A stretch of 64,000 bases of DNA from an uncultured bacterium (GCA_963705915.1 OY970126.1:623893-687892); one strand, 5' to 3'; shown: positions 38,617 through 48,396, numbered from the stretch's first letter. Program-made: numbers and translations. Notes: generated by a model not told the origin, from the letters alone.

Positions 38617-40353
38617 ATGCCCGACCAAACCCCACAAAACTTCAAAGATATCAAAAAGATCATCGCACCGGCAGGCGTGCAGATCTCGCCGAATTTTTTG
38701 AAGATCGGCGACAAGCTCGCAAAAACGTTTTTTGTTTTTTCATATCCCCGCTACCTCGCGACGGGTTGGTTCGAACCGCTCATCAACCTGCCGAATCTTT
38801 TTGATATTTCCATTTATGTGAACCCGATAGACACGGGCGTCGCGCTCAAAAACCTCCGCAAGAAAGCCGGCCAGCTCGAATCCCAAATAGCCGACGAACA
38901 GGAAAAGGGGCTCGTGCGAAATCCCGTGCTTGAAACCGCCGTGCAAGACGTTGAAAATCTCCGCGACTCACTCCAGCAGTCGGAAGAAAAACTTTTCGAT
39001 ACCGGCGTATACATTACGATCTACGGCGACAACGAAGACGACCTCGCAAAGCTTGAAAGTAAACTCGTGAGCATGATGGAGGCGAAGCTCATCTATCTCA
39101 AACCCGCGCTCTTCAATCAGCTCGAAGGGCTATTCACCGTGCTCCCGCTCGATGCCGATAAATTGCAGGTGTATACGCCAATGAACACGGGCCCGATTTC
39201 ATCCTTCTTCCCGTTTGTTTCGGAAGATCTCTCTTCTAATGAGGGAATCATGTACGGTATTAATTTGCACAATAATAATCTTGTGATCTTCGATCGATTC
39301 TCGCTTGAGAATGCAAACCAAGTCGTCTTTGCAAAATCCGGCTCGGGAAAGTCATATACAACAAAGCTCGAAATCATCCGATCTCTCATGGCGGGTGTCG
39401 ACATGGTGCTCGTGATCGATCCGGAAAACGAATACGACCGGCTTGCAAAAACCTTTGGCGGCAGCATGTTCAATATCTCGCTCTCGGGGCACGAACACAT
39501 CAATCCGTTCGATTTGCCGCTCGTGCCGGAAGGGGAAACACCGTCGGATGTTTTGCGGTCGCACATCGTGACGCTCGCAAGTTTGCTCAAGCTCATGCTC
39601 GGCAAGATCACGCCGGAAGAAGACGCCTTGCTTGATCGCGCAATCACCGAGACCTATGCGTCGCGGGATATCGTGGCCGGCACAGACTTCGCCGGAAAAG
39701 AACCGCCGCTTTTGGGCGACCTCGAAACGGTCCTCCGCGATATAGAAGGAGGAAAAGATTTGGCCGAAAAGCTCTATAAATACACCAAGGGCAGCTTTGC
39801 GGGGTTCTTGAACCAGCCAACAAACATCGATATCAGTAACCGGCTCATCGTGTTTTCAATCCGCGACCTCGAAGAAGAATTGCGCCCGGTCGGCATGTTC
39901 GTTGTTTTGAATTTCATCTGGTCGCTCATCCGCGCGAAGCTCGCGAAGCGATTGCTCTTCATCGATGAAGCCTGGATCATGATGAAAAACGAAGACAGCG
40001 CGACGTTCCTCTTCGGCCTCGTGAAACGCGCGCGCAAATATTATCTCGGCGTATCGACGATCACCCAAGACGTTGAAGATTTCTTGCGATCGCCCTATGG
40101 CCGCCCAATCATCACAAACTCGTCGATCCAATTACTTTTGAAACAGGCGCCGGCAACAATTGATATCGTGGCAAAGGCATTCGATCTCACGGAAGCCGAG
40201 AAAAGTTTTCTCCTGGGCGCGGAAGTCGGCACCGGTATCTTCTTTGCTGGCAAACGACACGTTGCAATTCAAATCGTGCCGTCATACTTTGAAGATCAGA
40301 TCATCACAACGAATCCCGAACAGCTTCTCGAGGAGAAAGATCAGGTTTTGTAG
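38617..40353 (+). CDS. VirB4/TrbE/PrgJ-family T4SS ATPase (C-terminal ATPase portion)
   Basis: Walker A FAKSGSGKSYTT, Walker B LLFIDEAWIMM, VirB4 C-terminal motifs ...GVSTITQDVEDF..., ...GIFFAGKRHVAIQIV... Confidence 0.85.
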   Translation: MPDQTPQNFKDIKKIIAPAGVQISPNFLKIGDKLAKTFFVFSYPRYLATGWFEPLINLPNLFDISIYVNPIDTGVALKNLRKKAGQLESQIADEQEKGLVRNPVLETAVQDVENLRDSLQQSEEKLFDTGVYITIYGDNEDDLAKLESKLVSMMEAKLIYLKPALFNQLEGLFTVLPLDADKLQVYTPMNTGPISSFFPFVSEDLSSNEGIMYGINLHNNNLVIFDRFSLENANQVVFAKSGSGKSYTTKLEIIRSLMAGVDMVLVIDPENEYDRLAKTFGGSMFNISLSGHEHINPFDLPLVPEGETPSDVLRSHIVTLASLLKLMLGKITPEEDALLDRAITETYASRDIVAGTDFAGKEPPLLGDLETVLRDIEGGKDLAEKLYKYTKGSFAGFLNQPTNIDISNRLIVFSIRDLEEELRPVGMFVVLNFIWSLIRAKLAKRLLFIDEAWIMMKNEDSATFLFGLVKRARKYYLGVSTITQDVEDFLRSPYGRPIITNSSIQLLLKQAPATIDIVAKAFDLTEAEKSFLLGAEVGTGIFFAGKRHVAIQIVPSYFEDQIITTNPEQLLEEKDQVL

Positions 40354-40362
40354 CGCACTACG

Positions 40363-41235
40363 ATGAATGCGAAACGATTCAGCACTGCAGAAGAAGTAGT
40401 CGCCGCACTTCTCGTCCTTTCAGAAGTTGCGGTGAAAGCCATCGCCGACCTTTCTCTTGGCATACCCGTCATCGGAGAAATCGGCTTTGCCGGTGCAGAA
40501 CTTTACACCGTTGCGATCTACGCCGTCTTTATTCTTTGGTTCGTCTTTAAGCTTGGCGGCTTTGGAACCGTCGGCATGTATCTCACCGTTGGCGGCCTTG
40601 CCGACGCGATAGGCATCCCTGTTGGCCTTGCCTTCGCTGTTGGCGCAGGCATGTATTTGACGAACCATCCAAAAGTAAAAGCTGTGGCCGGGGTTGTTGG
40701 AGGATTTGAAGGGGGCGCGGAAGCGGGGGCAGCCGAAGCTGGCGAAGCCGCGGAGGGTGTGACTGAGGTAGAAGAGGCCGCAACGGCGGCGGAGGGAACA
40801 GCGCAAGGAGCTGAGGCAGCCCAAGGCGCCGAAGGGGTTGAGGCTGGAACGGAAACTGGAAAAGCCGGCGCAGGTACGTCCGCCGAAGAAGCCGGGGCAC
40901 AGGAAGCTGGAGCTGAAACCAATGAGTCCGAGAAGACCGAAGGCGAGCGTAAAGCCGAAGAGGAGCTCACGCCGGAAGCCGAGAAAAACCCGATGGACAT
41001 TGAGCAGAAAAATCTTTTTCAAGAAACACCGGAATCTGAGTTTGAAGGCAAGGAGAGCGGCACTGAGGCAGGCGACGAGAACGGTTCCGCCCAAGACAAG
41101 CCGCTTAACAAAGAGCAAAAGTTCGGGCAGAAGGTGCAAGACATCACTTCCGGACGCGGTCAGAACCTTAAAGATTATCAAGCAGACGAAGACAAGGAAG
41201 ATTTCGGCGACGAAGAATCCGAGAAGGCCGCGTAG
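40363..41235 (+). CDS. Membrane protein with an acidic low-complexity C-terminal tail (T4SS operon)
   Basis: Three to four TM helices, then a Gly/Ala/Glu-rich tail. Confidence 0.5.
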   Translation: MNAKRFSTAEEVVAALLVLSEVAVKAIADLSLGIPVIGEIGFAGAELYTVAIYAVFILWFVFKLGGFGTVGMYLTVGGLADAIGIPVGLAFAVGAGMYLTNHPKVKAVAGVVGGFEGGAEAGAAEAGEAAEGVTEVEEAATAAEGTAQGAEAAQGAEGVEAGTETGKAGAGTSAEEAGAQEAGAETNESEKTEGERKAEEELTPEAEKNPMDIEQKNLFQETPESEFEGKESGTEAGDENGSAQDKPLNKEQKFGQKVQDITSGRGQNLKDYQADEDKEDFGDEESEKAA

Positions 41236-41268
41236 CGTCGTTCCGTTTGCTACAATAATAAAGAGTAT

Positions 41269-41958
41269 ATGGCGAACCGAACCGCAAAGACCGCACTCGG
41301 CATAATGGCCGTGCTTTTCATACTTGGCATCGCCCGGGCCAATGCTGCAGGTCCTCAATTTTTGATCACGTGGAAAACCACGGGAAGTTATATTCCGTCG
41401 AATTACGCCGGGAAAATGTTGCCGACCTATGGATCGGAGATAACCGCATCGCTTGAGATATTTTCCGGCGGCTCTTCGGTCAACTTGGCGAACCAAACCA
41501 TCTATTGGTATTTAAACGACACGCTTCTCGGCGGTGGCGTGGGTGCTCGAACGATTACATTCCCGCCCTTTGGCCAAGCGCCAAACGATATGACACTCAA
41601 AGTTGAGTTGCCAAGTTACGACGGACAATTTCTCATCCATACCATCACCATCCCGATGGCTCAGCCACAGGTTGTAATCGTTGCACCCTATCCCGGCGGA
41701 GCTTTTTCATTAAACCCAGTCACCGTGACGGCTGTGCCTTATTTTTTCAACACAGCGTCACAGGATAATCTTTCGTATTCGTGGACGGTAAACGGCCAAA
41801 CAAGTGCAAACGAAGAGGATCCTGAAGAAGCACAGATTACGCTCCCGGGAGGAACGGCAGCCGGAACGTCGTTCGGTGTTGACGTGACGGTACAAAATCC
41901 GAGCGATTCAACGCAGGCGACGGCGTCAGAAAATCTCACCTACCAGCCACCACTTTAA
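41269..41958 (+). CDS. Secreted hypothetical protein (signal peptide) of the T4SS operon
   Basis: N-terminal signal sequence MANRTAKTALGIMAVLFILGIARANA. Confidence 0.5.
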   Translation: MANRTAKTALGIMAVLFILGIARANAAGPQFLITWKTTGSYIPSNYAGKMLPTYGSEITASLEIFSGGSSVNLANQTIYWYLNDTLLGGGVGARTITFPPFGQAPNDMTLKVELPSYDGQFLIHTITIPMAQPQVVIVAPYPGGAFSLNPVTVTAVPYFFNTASQDNLSYSWTVNGQTSANEEDPEEAQITLPGGTAAGTSFGVDVTVQNPSDSTQATASENLTYQPPL

Positions 41959-41974
41959 CTATGTTCCATTTCTC

Positions 41975-42451
41975 ATGAGCAAATCCATTGTAAAAAAAGT
42001 TGCTTTTATCTTTATTGCGAGCCTCGCTCTCTCGTTTGTTTCTGTGACGCACGCGGTGAACATTTCGCTTTCGTTTCCCGGCGTAAATTATTCAACGAGC
42101 ACGCCGCCCGGAACGATTGTAAATGGCTTCTATCAGTTTGCGCTCCTTATCGGAGGAATCCTTGCGTTCGGCGCCATCGTCTATGGAGGCGTGAGATATA
42201 TGACCTCGGCAGGTAATCCTTCGGGGCAGCACGAAGCGAAGGAGTGGATTCTGAGTGCACTCATCGGCATCATACTTCTCGTCGGCGCGTACCTCATCTT
42301 GAATACTGTGAATCCAAATCTAACGCACCTCGATCTGCCAACACTCCAGCCCGTAAATATTAGTAACAACGGTTATACCGGCAACGGGGGCTCGAATGGG
42401 CAAGGTACGAGCGGATCGGGCTCAAATGGCGGCGGTGGCAGCGCCTTCTAA
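41975..42451 (+). CDS. T4SS pilin-like protein (TrbC/VirB2-family candidate)
   Basis: Signal peptide plus two hydrophobic helices with a G/A-rich pattern (...GFYQFALLIGGILAFGAIVYGGVRYMTSAG...AKEWILSALIGIILLVGAYLIL...), then a Gly/Ser-rich tail. Confidence 0.45.
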   Translation: MSKSIVKKVAFIFIASLALSFVSVTHAVNISLSFPGVNYSTSTPPGTIVNGFYQFALLIGGILAFGAIVYGGVRYMTSAGNPSGQHEAKEWILSALIGIILLVGAYLILNTVNPNLTHLDLPTLQPVNISNNGYTGNGGSNGQGTSGSGSNGGGGSAF

Positions 42452-42455
42452 ATCT

Positions 42456-43784
42456 ATGAAACGCTATATAACCATAATTGCCGTAGTGATCATTGTAGCC
42501 GTCCTTGTGGTGGTCGGCCTCTATATTTGGAAGCAATACGGATCGTCGGGAGCGTCGGGCACCACCTCGAGCGGAACCGCCGGCACGTTGCCGAACGCTG
42601 GAACGCAAGGAACGAGTGGCAGCAGCACAAGCGGGACAACGGGAACAACCGGCGCGACTGGCGGCAACACGGGTTCAAGCTCGAGTGGCAGTACCGGCCT
42701 TGTTGCGGGCACCTTCGGGCCGCTCTCAAATGATCCTGTCCTCAATTATTTTGTGGAGCCGAATAATACCGTGCTTGCCCTTGAGCCGAATGGCGTTGTT
42801 GCACAGATCTCCGCAGGCCAAACTTCTTACCTCAGTTCGTCAACGGCGAGTAACGTGATCAGGGGCTCATTCTCGCTTGACGGTAAATTGGCGCTCATAA
42901 ACTTTGGTGCCGCGGGCACCGCGCCACAAACGAGTATCTTTGCTGTCGCTTCTTCAAAATGGACGGCGCTTCCGCAGGGCATGCAATCGCCCGTCTGGTC
43001 GCCGGTGCCTGGCGACGAACGCATTGCGTACCTTGCAAACGCAGCGACGGGGACGGAAACGCTCGCGACGATCAACGCGGCGAATCCAAAGGCTGGCCCG
43101 GTTGGTCTGCTTACCCTCCACGCGAACGATCTCACCGTGCAGTGGATCGGCAAAACACAGTTTATCCTCTCGAGTAAGCCGAGCGACTACGCCCCTGGTT
43201 CGATGTTCCTGTTCAATAGCGCGGCACAAGCCCTCACACTGCTCGACATCGACCTGCCAGGGCTCGAAAGCGTCTGGAGCGGTCCCTTTGGCACAAGCTC
43301 ACCCGAAGGACTCGTATTCTCCACTAATATTGGCTCGACGGGCGGCAATCTGCAATTTCAAGACTTGAGCGGAAATATTCTTGAGAATGTGGCCTTGGGA
43401 ACATTGCCGACGAAATGCACCTTCGGCACGGGAACGTCAATCGTAACAGCTTCGCCTTCGAACGGCACGTCGACCGCAAGTACGTCGACCGTCGGCGCAC
43501 CAGGCACAACGACAACCACGAGCTATCTTGCCCTCTACTGCGGCGTCCCGCGCGACCAAAACGCATTTTCGTCAGCATACTTACCCGACGATTACAACCA
43601 AATGGCGCTCTTCACCTCCGACGATATTTATCAAATCAACGCCGAGAACGGATCAGTGAATGTCCTTTGGGATGATGCGAGTCAAAACATGGACGTGAGC
43701 AATCTCACGGTTGTGAGCAGCTCGATCTTCTTCGTCAATCGTTACGATCAGAAATTATACACGCTCTCAATCAGCGCAAACTAA
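42456..43784 (+). CDS. Membrane-anchored protein with an S/T/G-rich linker and a beta-propeller-like extracytoplasmic domain (last gene of the T4SS operon)
   Basis: Start set at MKRYITIIAVVIIVAV (TM helix); the C-terminal region has TolB/PD40-like repeats (...SPVWSPVPGDERIAYL...). Confidence 0.5.
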   Translation: MKRYITIIAVVIIVAVLVVVGLYIWKQYGSSGASGTTSSGTAGTLPNAGTQGTSGSSTSGTTGTTGATGGNTGSSSSGSTGLVAGTFGPLSNDPVLNYFVEPNNTVLALEPNGVVAQISAGQTSYLSSSTASNVIRGSFSLDGKLALINFGAAGTAPQTSIFAVASSKWTALPQGMQSPVWSPVPGDERIAYLANAATGTETLATINAANPKAGPVGLLTLHANDLTVQWIGKTQFILSSKPSDYAPGSMFLFNSAAQALTLLDIDLPGLESVWSGPFGTSSPEGLVFSTNIGSTGGNLQFQDLSGNILENVALGTLPTKCTFGTGTSIVTASPSNGTSTASTSTVGAPGTTTTTSYLALYCGVPRDQNAFSSAYLPDDYNQMALFTSDDIYQINAENGSVNVLWDDASQNMDVSNLTVVSSSIFFVNRYDQKLYTLSISAN

Positions 43785-43810
43785 AAAAGAGTCTTCGCTC
43801 TTTTTTATTC

Positions 43811-44269
43811 TTAGCTGTCGGGATTGGTTTTTGTTTCTTCTCCAATCGGCTTGATGATCACGTATCGTTCTTTTCCGTTGCCGGCGCTTTCGGTGCGGAC
43901 CTCGGGATGGATCGCAAGTTCAACGTGCACGAGCCGGCGCTCATAGGAGTTCATCGCGGGCAATGAGACTTCTGCTTTTGTTGCGAGCGCTTTTTTAGCG
44001 GCGGCGCGGGCGAGTTCGGCGATCAAATTTTCGCGCTCCTGGCGATAATTGTTCACGTCGAGGAAAATGGTTTCGGCGGAATTCTTTTTTGCAACCATTT
44101 GGATGAGATGATTGATGCTCTCGACAATCGCAGGAAGGTTGTCTCGGATAAGATTTTGATCTTCATAAATGAAAAGTGCCGCATGCTTTTCGGCAGGCTT
44201 CACCTCGAGGCGATAGTCTTTAAAACCGAGGAGGTCGAATGTTTTTTTAATAAAAATCTCCCAATCCAT
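43811..44269 (-). CDS. jag: Jag/KhpB-like RNA-binding protein (R3H domain)
   Basis: R3H motif ...LPAMNSYERRLVHVEL...; conserved position next to yidC. Confidence 0.75.
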   Translation of the reverse strand: MDWEIFIKKTFDLLGFKDYRLEVKPAEKHAALFIYEDQNLIRDNLPAIVESINHLIQMVAKKNSAETIFLDVNNYRQERENLIAELARAAAKKALATKAEVSLPAMNSYERRLVHVELAIHPEVRTESAGNGKERYVIIKPIGEETKTNPDS

Positions 44270-44362
44270 AATGGAGCTACTATTTCATATTTTGTTAATA
44301 AAATCAAATGCCGCCGCGAGCCGTCGCTGCGGCGAAATGGCTAAGGCGATCTCCTGAAGGAT

Positions 44363-45070
44363 CTAATTTCCGTACTTCTCCCGCAAGTGTCGATTCACAA
44401 AGAATTGCTGGATCGCCGAGAAGAGCGATGAAAAGAGCCAATAGAGCGCCACGGCCGAAGGCAGACTGTAGAAGATGACGAGGGTCATGATAGGACCGAT
44501 GAAGGCCATCTGGCGTGCGATCTTCTCTACCGGAGAGAGCTGGTGCCCTTCGGGTTGCTTGTAGATCGCAAGCCTCGCCTGAAGATATTGTGAAAGCGCC
44601 GCAAGGACAAGCAGGGTAAAGCTCGGCACGGCGAGATTTACGAAACCGAGGAACATCGTATTGATAACTGCCGGCGCCGGGACAAACGAATAAAGGCCGG
44701 CGATCTGTCCGGTGCCGAGACCAGAACGCACTGCCCAGTAGAGCGCGATTAACACCGGTAACTGGATGAGTAATAAAAGAAAACTGGAGAATGGATTGAT
44801 GCCGTGTTCTTTATAAAGCGCCATGAGCGCTTCGGATTGCTTTTGCATATCCTTTTTATGCGTCTCCTGGATTTTTTTTACCTGCGGCTGAATCCGCTGC
44901 ATGAGCATCTGCTGCTTTGCGCCTTTGTGAAAAAACGGATAGAGGATTAGGCGGAGCAATAAGGTGACGAGAATGATCGCAAGCCCCAGATTATGAAAAG
45001 CGATCGTGTCATAAAAATAAATGAGAACGTTCAGAATCGGCTGATAAAAAATAATTTGCCACCAACTCAT
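44363..45070 (-). CDS. yidC: Membrane protein insertase YidC (short Oxa1-like form)
   Basis: Five TM helices, ...ILYPFF..., conserved position in the rpmH-rnpA-yidC-jag cluster. Confidence 0.85.
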   Translation of the reverse strand: MSWWQIIFYQPILNVLIYFYDTIAFHNLGLAIILVTLLLRLILYPFFHKGAKQQMLMQRIQPQVKKIQETHKKDMQKQSEALMALYKEHGINPFSSFLLLLIQLPVLIALYWAVRSGLGTGQIAGLYSFVPAPAVINTMFLGFVNLAVPSFTLLVLAALSQYLQARLAIYKQPEGHQLSPVEKIARQMAFIGPIMTLVIFYSLPSAVALYWLFSSLFSAIQQFFVNRHLREKYGN

Positions 45071-45091
45071 AAAAATAAAATGTTGTGGGTG

Positions 45092-45403
45092 TTATGCCGT
45101 TTGATGAATCGCGCGGACGAGCGCTTCGCGAAACTGCGACTTCGTAAGTTCGTTGACGCGTGATTGCATGATCAGGATAGCATCGCGGTTGCCTTGCACG
45201 GAACTTTCGAGTGTGGCTCGCGCTTGTCGTTTCCAAAAATTTCTTGTGACGGCGGCTTTGTGTACGCTTTTCCCAACCACAATACCAACCCGCGGGCCCT
45301 TAGTTTCGTTCGATTTCATTTTTAATGAAAAAAATGGTGTGCGTGTGAGCCGATATCCATACGCCCGGAACTCCGCGCGGGGCAGGCGCTTCACACGAGA
45401 CAT
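45092..45403 (-). CDS. rnpA: Ribonuclease P protein component
   Basis: Basic 103-aa protein with ...VGIVVGKSVHKAAVTRNFWKRQ... and its position between rpmH and yidC. Confidence 0.85.
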   Translation of the reverse strand: MSRVKRLPRAEFRAYGYRLTRTPFFSLKMKSNETKGPRVGIVVGKSVHKAAVTRNFWKRQARATLESSVQGNRDAILIMQSRVNELTKSQFREALVRAIHQTA

Positions 45404-45406
45404 ACG

Positions 45407-45541
45407 CTAGACCGTAAGCTTCTTCCGGCCCTTCGCACGACGCCGGGAAAGGACCTGACGGCCGGTGGCCGTGCGCTGTCTTTTCAAAAATCCATGCGTG
45501 CGACGCCGCTTTTTCTTCTTTGGGTTGTACGTAAACGACAT
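45407..45541 (-). CDS. rpmH: 50S ribosomal protein L34
   Basis: [44 protein letters not shown]; the longer track ORF is a spurious upstream extension. Confidence 0.9.
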   Translation of the reverse strand: MSFTYNPKKKKRRRTHGFLKRQRTATGRQVLSRRRAKGRKKLTV

Positions 45542-45706
45542 GCCTATGATTGTATCATAAATTTTTCGAAAATCAACCCTCGACAAACTCCACGACTCGG
45601 CTCTAGAATACCTTATGCACATGAAATCCCCAAAACGTATCCCTGCGGCACTTTGACAAAGAACGTTCGTCTGATAAATAATTAACCCAACGTAAACTAT
45701 TTCACC
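45542..45706. promoter_or_regulatory. rpmH-dnaA intergenic region with one DnaA-box-like site (TTATGCACA at 45613-45621); dnaA promoter region, possible oriC part
   Basis: Conserved origin-proximal gene order; 8/9 match to TTATCCACA. Confidence 0.45.
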
Positions 45707-47056
45707 ATGGATCTTGATCAAATTTGGCAATCGACGCTTGGTGAGATGGAAGTTCAAATTTCCAAAGCCCATTATGTTGCTTGGGTGAAAGATAGTCGCC
45801 TTATCGATCGCAAAGATGGCACGCTCTATGTGGCTGTTGCGAATAGTTTCACGAAAGAATGGATCGAGGGGAAGTACCAGAAGAATTTATTGGGCATTTT
45901 GCGCAATATGGACAGCTCCGTGAAGAAAATTGAGTTCGTGGTGGGCCCCAAGGCAGCTGCTATCGCTCGGCAAACCCCTCAAGCACAACTCGCGAAAGCC
46001 GAAATTATGGACTTGGACTTCAAAACCGATCCGGAAACCGGCCTTAACCCAAAATATACGATGGCATCGTTCGTTGTCGGACCATCGAATGAACTCGCAT
46101 TCGCCGCAGCGTCGGCTATTGTCGAAGAAATTGGGAGAAAATACAATCCGTTCTTCGTGTATGGCGGCGTTGGCCTCGGCAAGACTCATCTCATCCAAGC
46201 TGTCGGCAATGAAATCGCGCGAAAATATCAGGGTCGTGTGAAACCGAAGTATGTTCCCTCGGAACAATACACTCGCGACATTGTTTGGGGCATTCGAAAC
46301 GATCGGATTGAGAGCATTAAGAAAAAATATCGCGACGTCGACGTTCTTATCATCGATGATATTCAATTTATCGGCGGGAAGGACAAAACAGAGGAAGAAT
46401 TTTTCCATACGTTCAATGCCCTCTACGAAAATAACAAGCAAATCATCATTTCTTCCGATCGACCACCACAATCGATCCCAACACTCGAAGAACGCCTCCG
46501 CTCCCGGTTTGAGGGGGGCTTGATTGCAGACATCGCCTACCCCGAATTTGAGACCAGGGTGGCCATCATAAAGGCAAAGTTACAGGACATGAATCGGCAA
46601 CTTTCCGACCCTGTCGTTGATATGATCGCGAAAAAACTGAGAAAGAATATTCGCGAGCTTGAGGGCGTTTTGAAGAAGATTTTGTTCTACGAAGAGCGGA
46701 AGCAGGCCGAAGTGACCGAAGACATCGCCGCCGACATCATCGATAAAGCCACGCAAAACCTTGCCAAGCGCGTGAGTGACGTTCAAATCCTCAAAGCGGT
46801 CGCCGAGTTCTTCAATCTGTCCGTTGAAGACCTCATGAGTCACAACCGGCGCAAAGAAGTTGTCGAGCCGCGACAGATTGCGATCTATCTTCTTCGGGAT
46901 ATCTCCGAACTTTCATACCCATATATTGGTGAAAAGTTGGGGAGAGATCACACCACTGCAATACATTCTTACGAAAAGATCAATCAAGAGATTAGTAGAA
47001 ATCAACAGCTTAACCAGAAGGTGTTAATGATTAAAGACTTAATTTTTAAGAGTTAA
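45707..47056 (+). CDS. dnaA: Chromosomal replication initiator DnaA
   Basis: AAA+ Walker [11 protein letters not shown], ...IIDDIQF..., C-terminal DNA-binding domain ...[15 protein letters not shown]... Confidence 0.95.
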   Translation: MDLDQIWQSTLGEMEVQISKAHYVAWVKDSRLIDRKDGTLYVAVANSFTKEWIEGKYQKNLLGILRNMDSSVKKIEFVVGPKAAAIARQTPQAQLAKAEIMDLDFKTDPETGLNPKYTMASFVVGPSNELAFAAASAIVEEIGRKYNPFFVYGGVGLGKTHLIQAVGNEIARKYQGRVKPKYVPSEQYTRDIVWGIRNDRIESIKKKYRDVDVLIIDDIQFIGGKDKTEEEFFHTFNALYENNKQIIISSDRPPQSIPTLEERLRSRFEGGLIADIAYPEFETRVAIIKAKLQDMNRQLSDPVVDMIAKKLRKNIRELEGVLKKILFYEERKQAEVTEDIAADIIDKATQNLAKRVSDVQILKAVAEFFNLSVEDLMSHNRRKEVVEPRQIAIYLLRDISELSYPYIGEKLGRDHTTAIHSYEKINQEISRNQQLNQKVLMIKDLIFKS

Positions 47057-47193
47057 TCCACAACTTCTACGGAAAAAAATCAGATCTGAATCCCGCGCTT
47101 ATTACAAAAATTATTTTTATCCCCACAACGCAGCCCGTAATAGTCTTAATAAAAATAATTTTCTTATATACATAATTAATTATAATTACTAAT
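47054..47193. promoter_or_regulatory. Candidate oriC element in the dnaA-dnaN spacer: DnaA-box-like TAATCCACA (47054-47062) and TTATCCCCACA (47117-47127) followed by an AT-rich unwinding-element-like tract (47140-47193)
   Basis: Near-consensus boxes read from the sequence plus about 50 nt at over 85% AT immediately upstream of dnaN. Confidence 0.5.
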
Positions 47194-48306
47194 ATGAAGT
47201 TTATTGCTATTCGATCGAACATTAAAGAAGCGATTTCTATAATTGAAAAAGCGACCGGAGAAAATCAAAATCTTCCCATTTTAAAAAATATCCTTATCGA
47301 AACCGATAAAGACGGAATTATTTTCCACACCACAAACCTTGAAATCGCTATTAGTTATAAAGTTGCCGGTAAAGTTATTGAACACGGGAAGATAACCATT
47401 CCCCTCGGACTCCTTTCGAGCCTTATCGGCACGATTTCAACCGACCGGCTGAATTTCGAGAAAAAAGGGAGTGACGTACAGGTCGCAACGGACAACTACA
47501 ACGCCACGATCCACGGGTTGGCCGCCGATGATTTCCCGATAACGCCGAAAATTAAGGACGGCGAAGGGTACATCGAAATCAAGGGCGCGTTTTTAAGGGA
47601 AGCGATCCAGCAAGTGACGGCCGCTTCGCAATATTCGGACCTCCGGCCGGAATTAAACAGCGTTTTATTCAATTTTTCACTTGAAAAACTGACGCTTGCC
47701 TCAACCGACGGTTTCCGGCTTGCGGAAAAATCCCTGCCGGCGAACCTTTTCACCGCAAAAAGCCTCGAACCATTCAAAATGCTGGTGCCGCTCCGGACGT
47801 CGCTCGAATTAGCCCGCATTTTGCGCGACGACGAGATGGTCCGCATGACGATGGATGAGAATCAGGTGCTTTTCAAAACCGAGAAGGCTGAGCTGATCTC
47901 GCGCCTTACTGAAGGCTCATTTCCGGACTATGCGGCCATTGTTCCGCATGAATTCCAGGCGGAGGTTGCCGTCGATCGCGAGGAATTCGCGAACGCCGTG
48001 AAGCTCTCCAGCATCTTCGGCCAGAAAAACAGCGAAGTAAAGATAAAAATCCACCAAAACAAGAAGGCGATCGAAATGAGTTCGGCCGACCAGGCGCTCG
48101 GCGAGAACGTTTCAACACTCGCCGCGAAGGTCAAAGGCGACCTCGCCGAAGTATATTTCAACTGGCGCTACCTTGCGGATCCCTTGAAAGCGATTAAAAC
48201 CGACGATATTTTCATTGGATTACAGGAAGAAGCCGGTCCGGCGCTCATCCGCTCCACGAGCGATACCTCGTACTACTACGTTTTGAAACCGATTTTGAAA
48301 TCGTAA
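47194..48306 (+). CDS. dnaN: DNA polymerase III beta sliding clamp
   Basis: 370 aa in three-domain arrangement, immediately after dnaA. Confidence 0.9.
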   Translation: MKFIAIRSNIKEAISIIEKATGENQNLPILKNILIETDKDGIIFHTTNLEIAISYKVAGKVIEHGKITIPLGLLSSLIGTISTDRLNFEKKGSDVQVATDNYNATIHGLAADDFPITPKIKDGEGYIEIKGAFLREAIQQVTAASQYSDLRPELNSVLFNFSLEKLTLASTDGFRLAEKSLPANLFTAKSLEPFKMLVPLRTSLELARILRDDEMVRMTMDENQVLFKTEKAELISRLTEGSFPDYAAIVPHEFQAEVAVDREEFANAVKLSSIFGQKNSEVKIKIHQNKKAIEMSSADQALGENVSTLAAKVKGDLAEVYFNWRYLADPLKAIKTDDIFIGLQEEAGPALIRSTSDTSYYYVLKPILKS

Positions 48307-48319
48307 ATCATAAAAAGAA

Positions 48320-48346
48320 AAGGCCGACCTGGGGGTCAGCCTTTGA
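48320..48346. terminator. Hairpin between convergent dnaN and a minus-strand gene (possible bidirectional terminator)
   Basis: AAGGCCGAC...GTCAGCCTT stem with one mismatch, short T-run. Confidence 0.4.
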
Positions 48347-48396
48347 GATTTTGCACATTACCTACCGAGAACCCGGGACATGATGGTTGCTGCGGG

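Noticed and set aside
37873-40353. Possibility that the in-frame TGA splitting VirB4 reflects UGA recoding (genetic code 25, as in Gracilibacteria/Absconditabacteria)
   Set aside because: Many long genes in the window (ftsH, PBP1A, dnaA, pyrG, uvrD) terminate cleanly at TGA and contain no in-frame TGA. A TAA also follows 6 nt later in the same frame, which code 25 would not rescue.
40420-41496. Long minus-strand ORFs (358, 160, 105 aa) antisense to the acidic-tail membrane protein gene
   Set aside because: These are low-complexity, Arg/Pro/Ser-rich translations typical of reading a GA/GC-rich acidic-tail coding region in the wrong frame. The plus-strand gene fits the operon.
45407-45772. 121-aa ORF upstream of and including rpmH
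   Set aside because: Only the last 44 codons are ribosomal protein L34. The remainder overlaps the dnaA start and promoter region.
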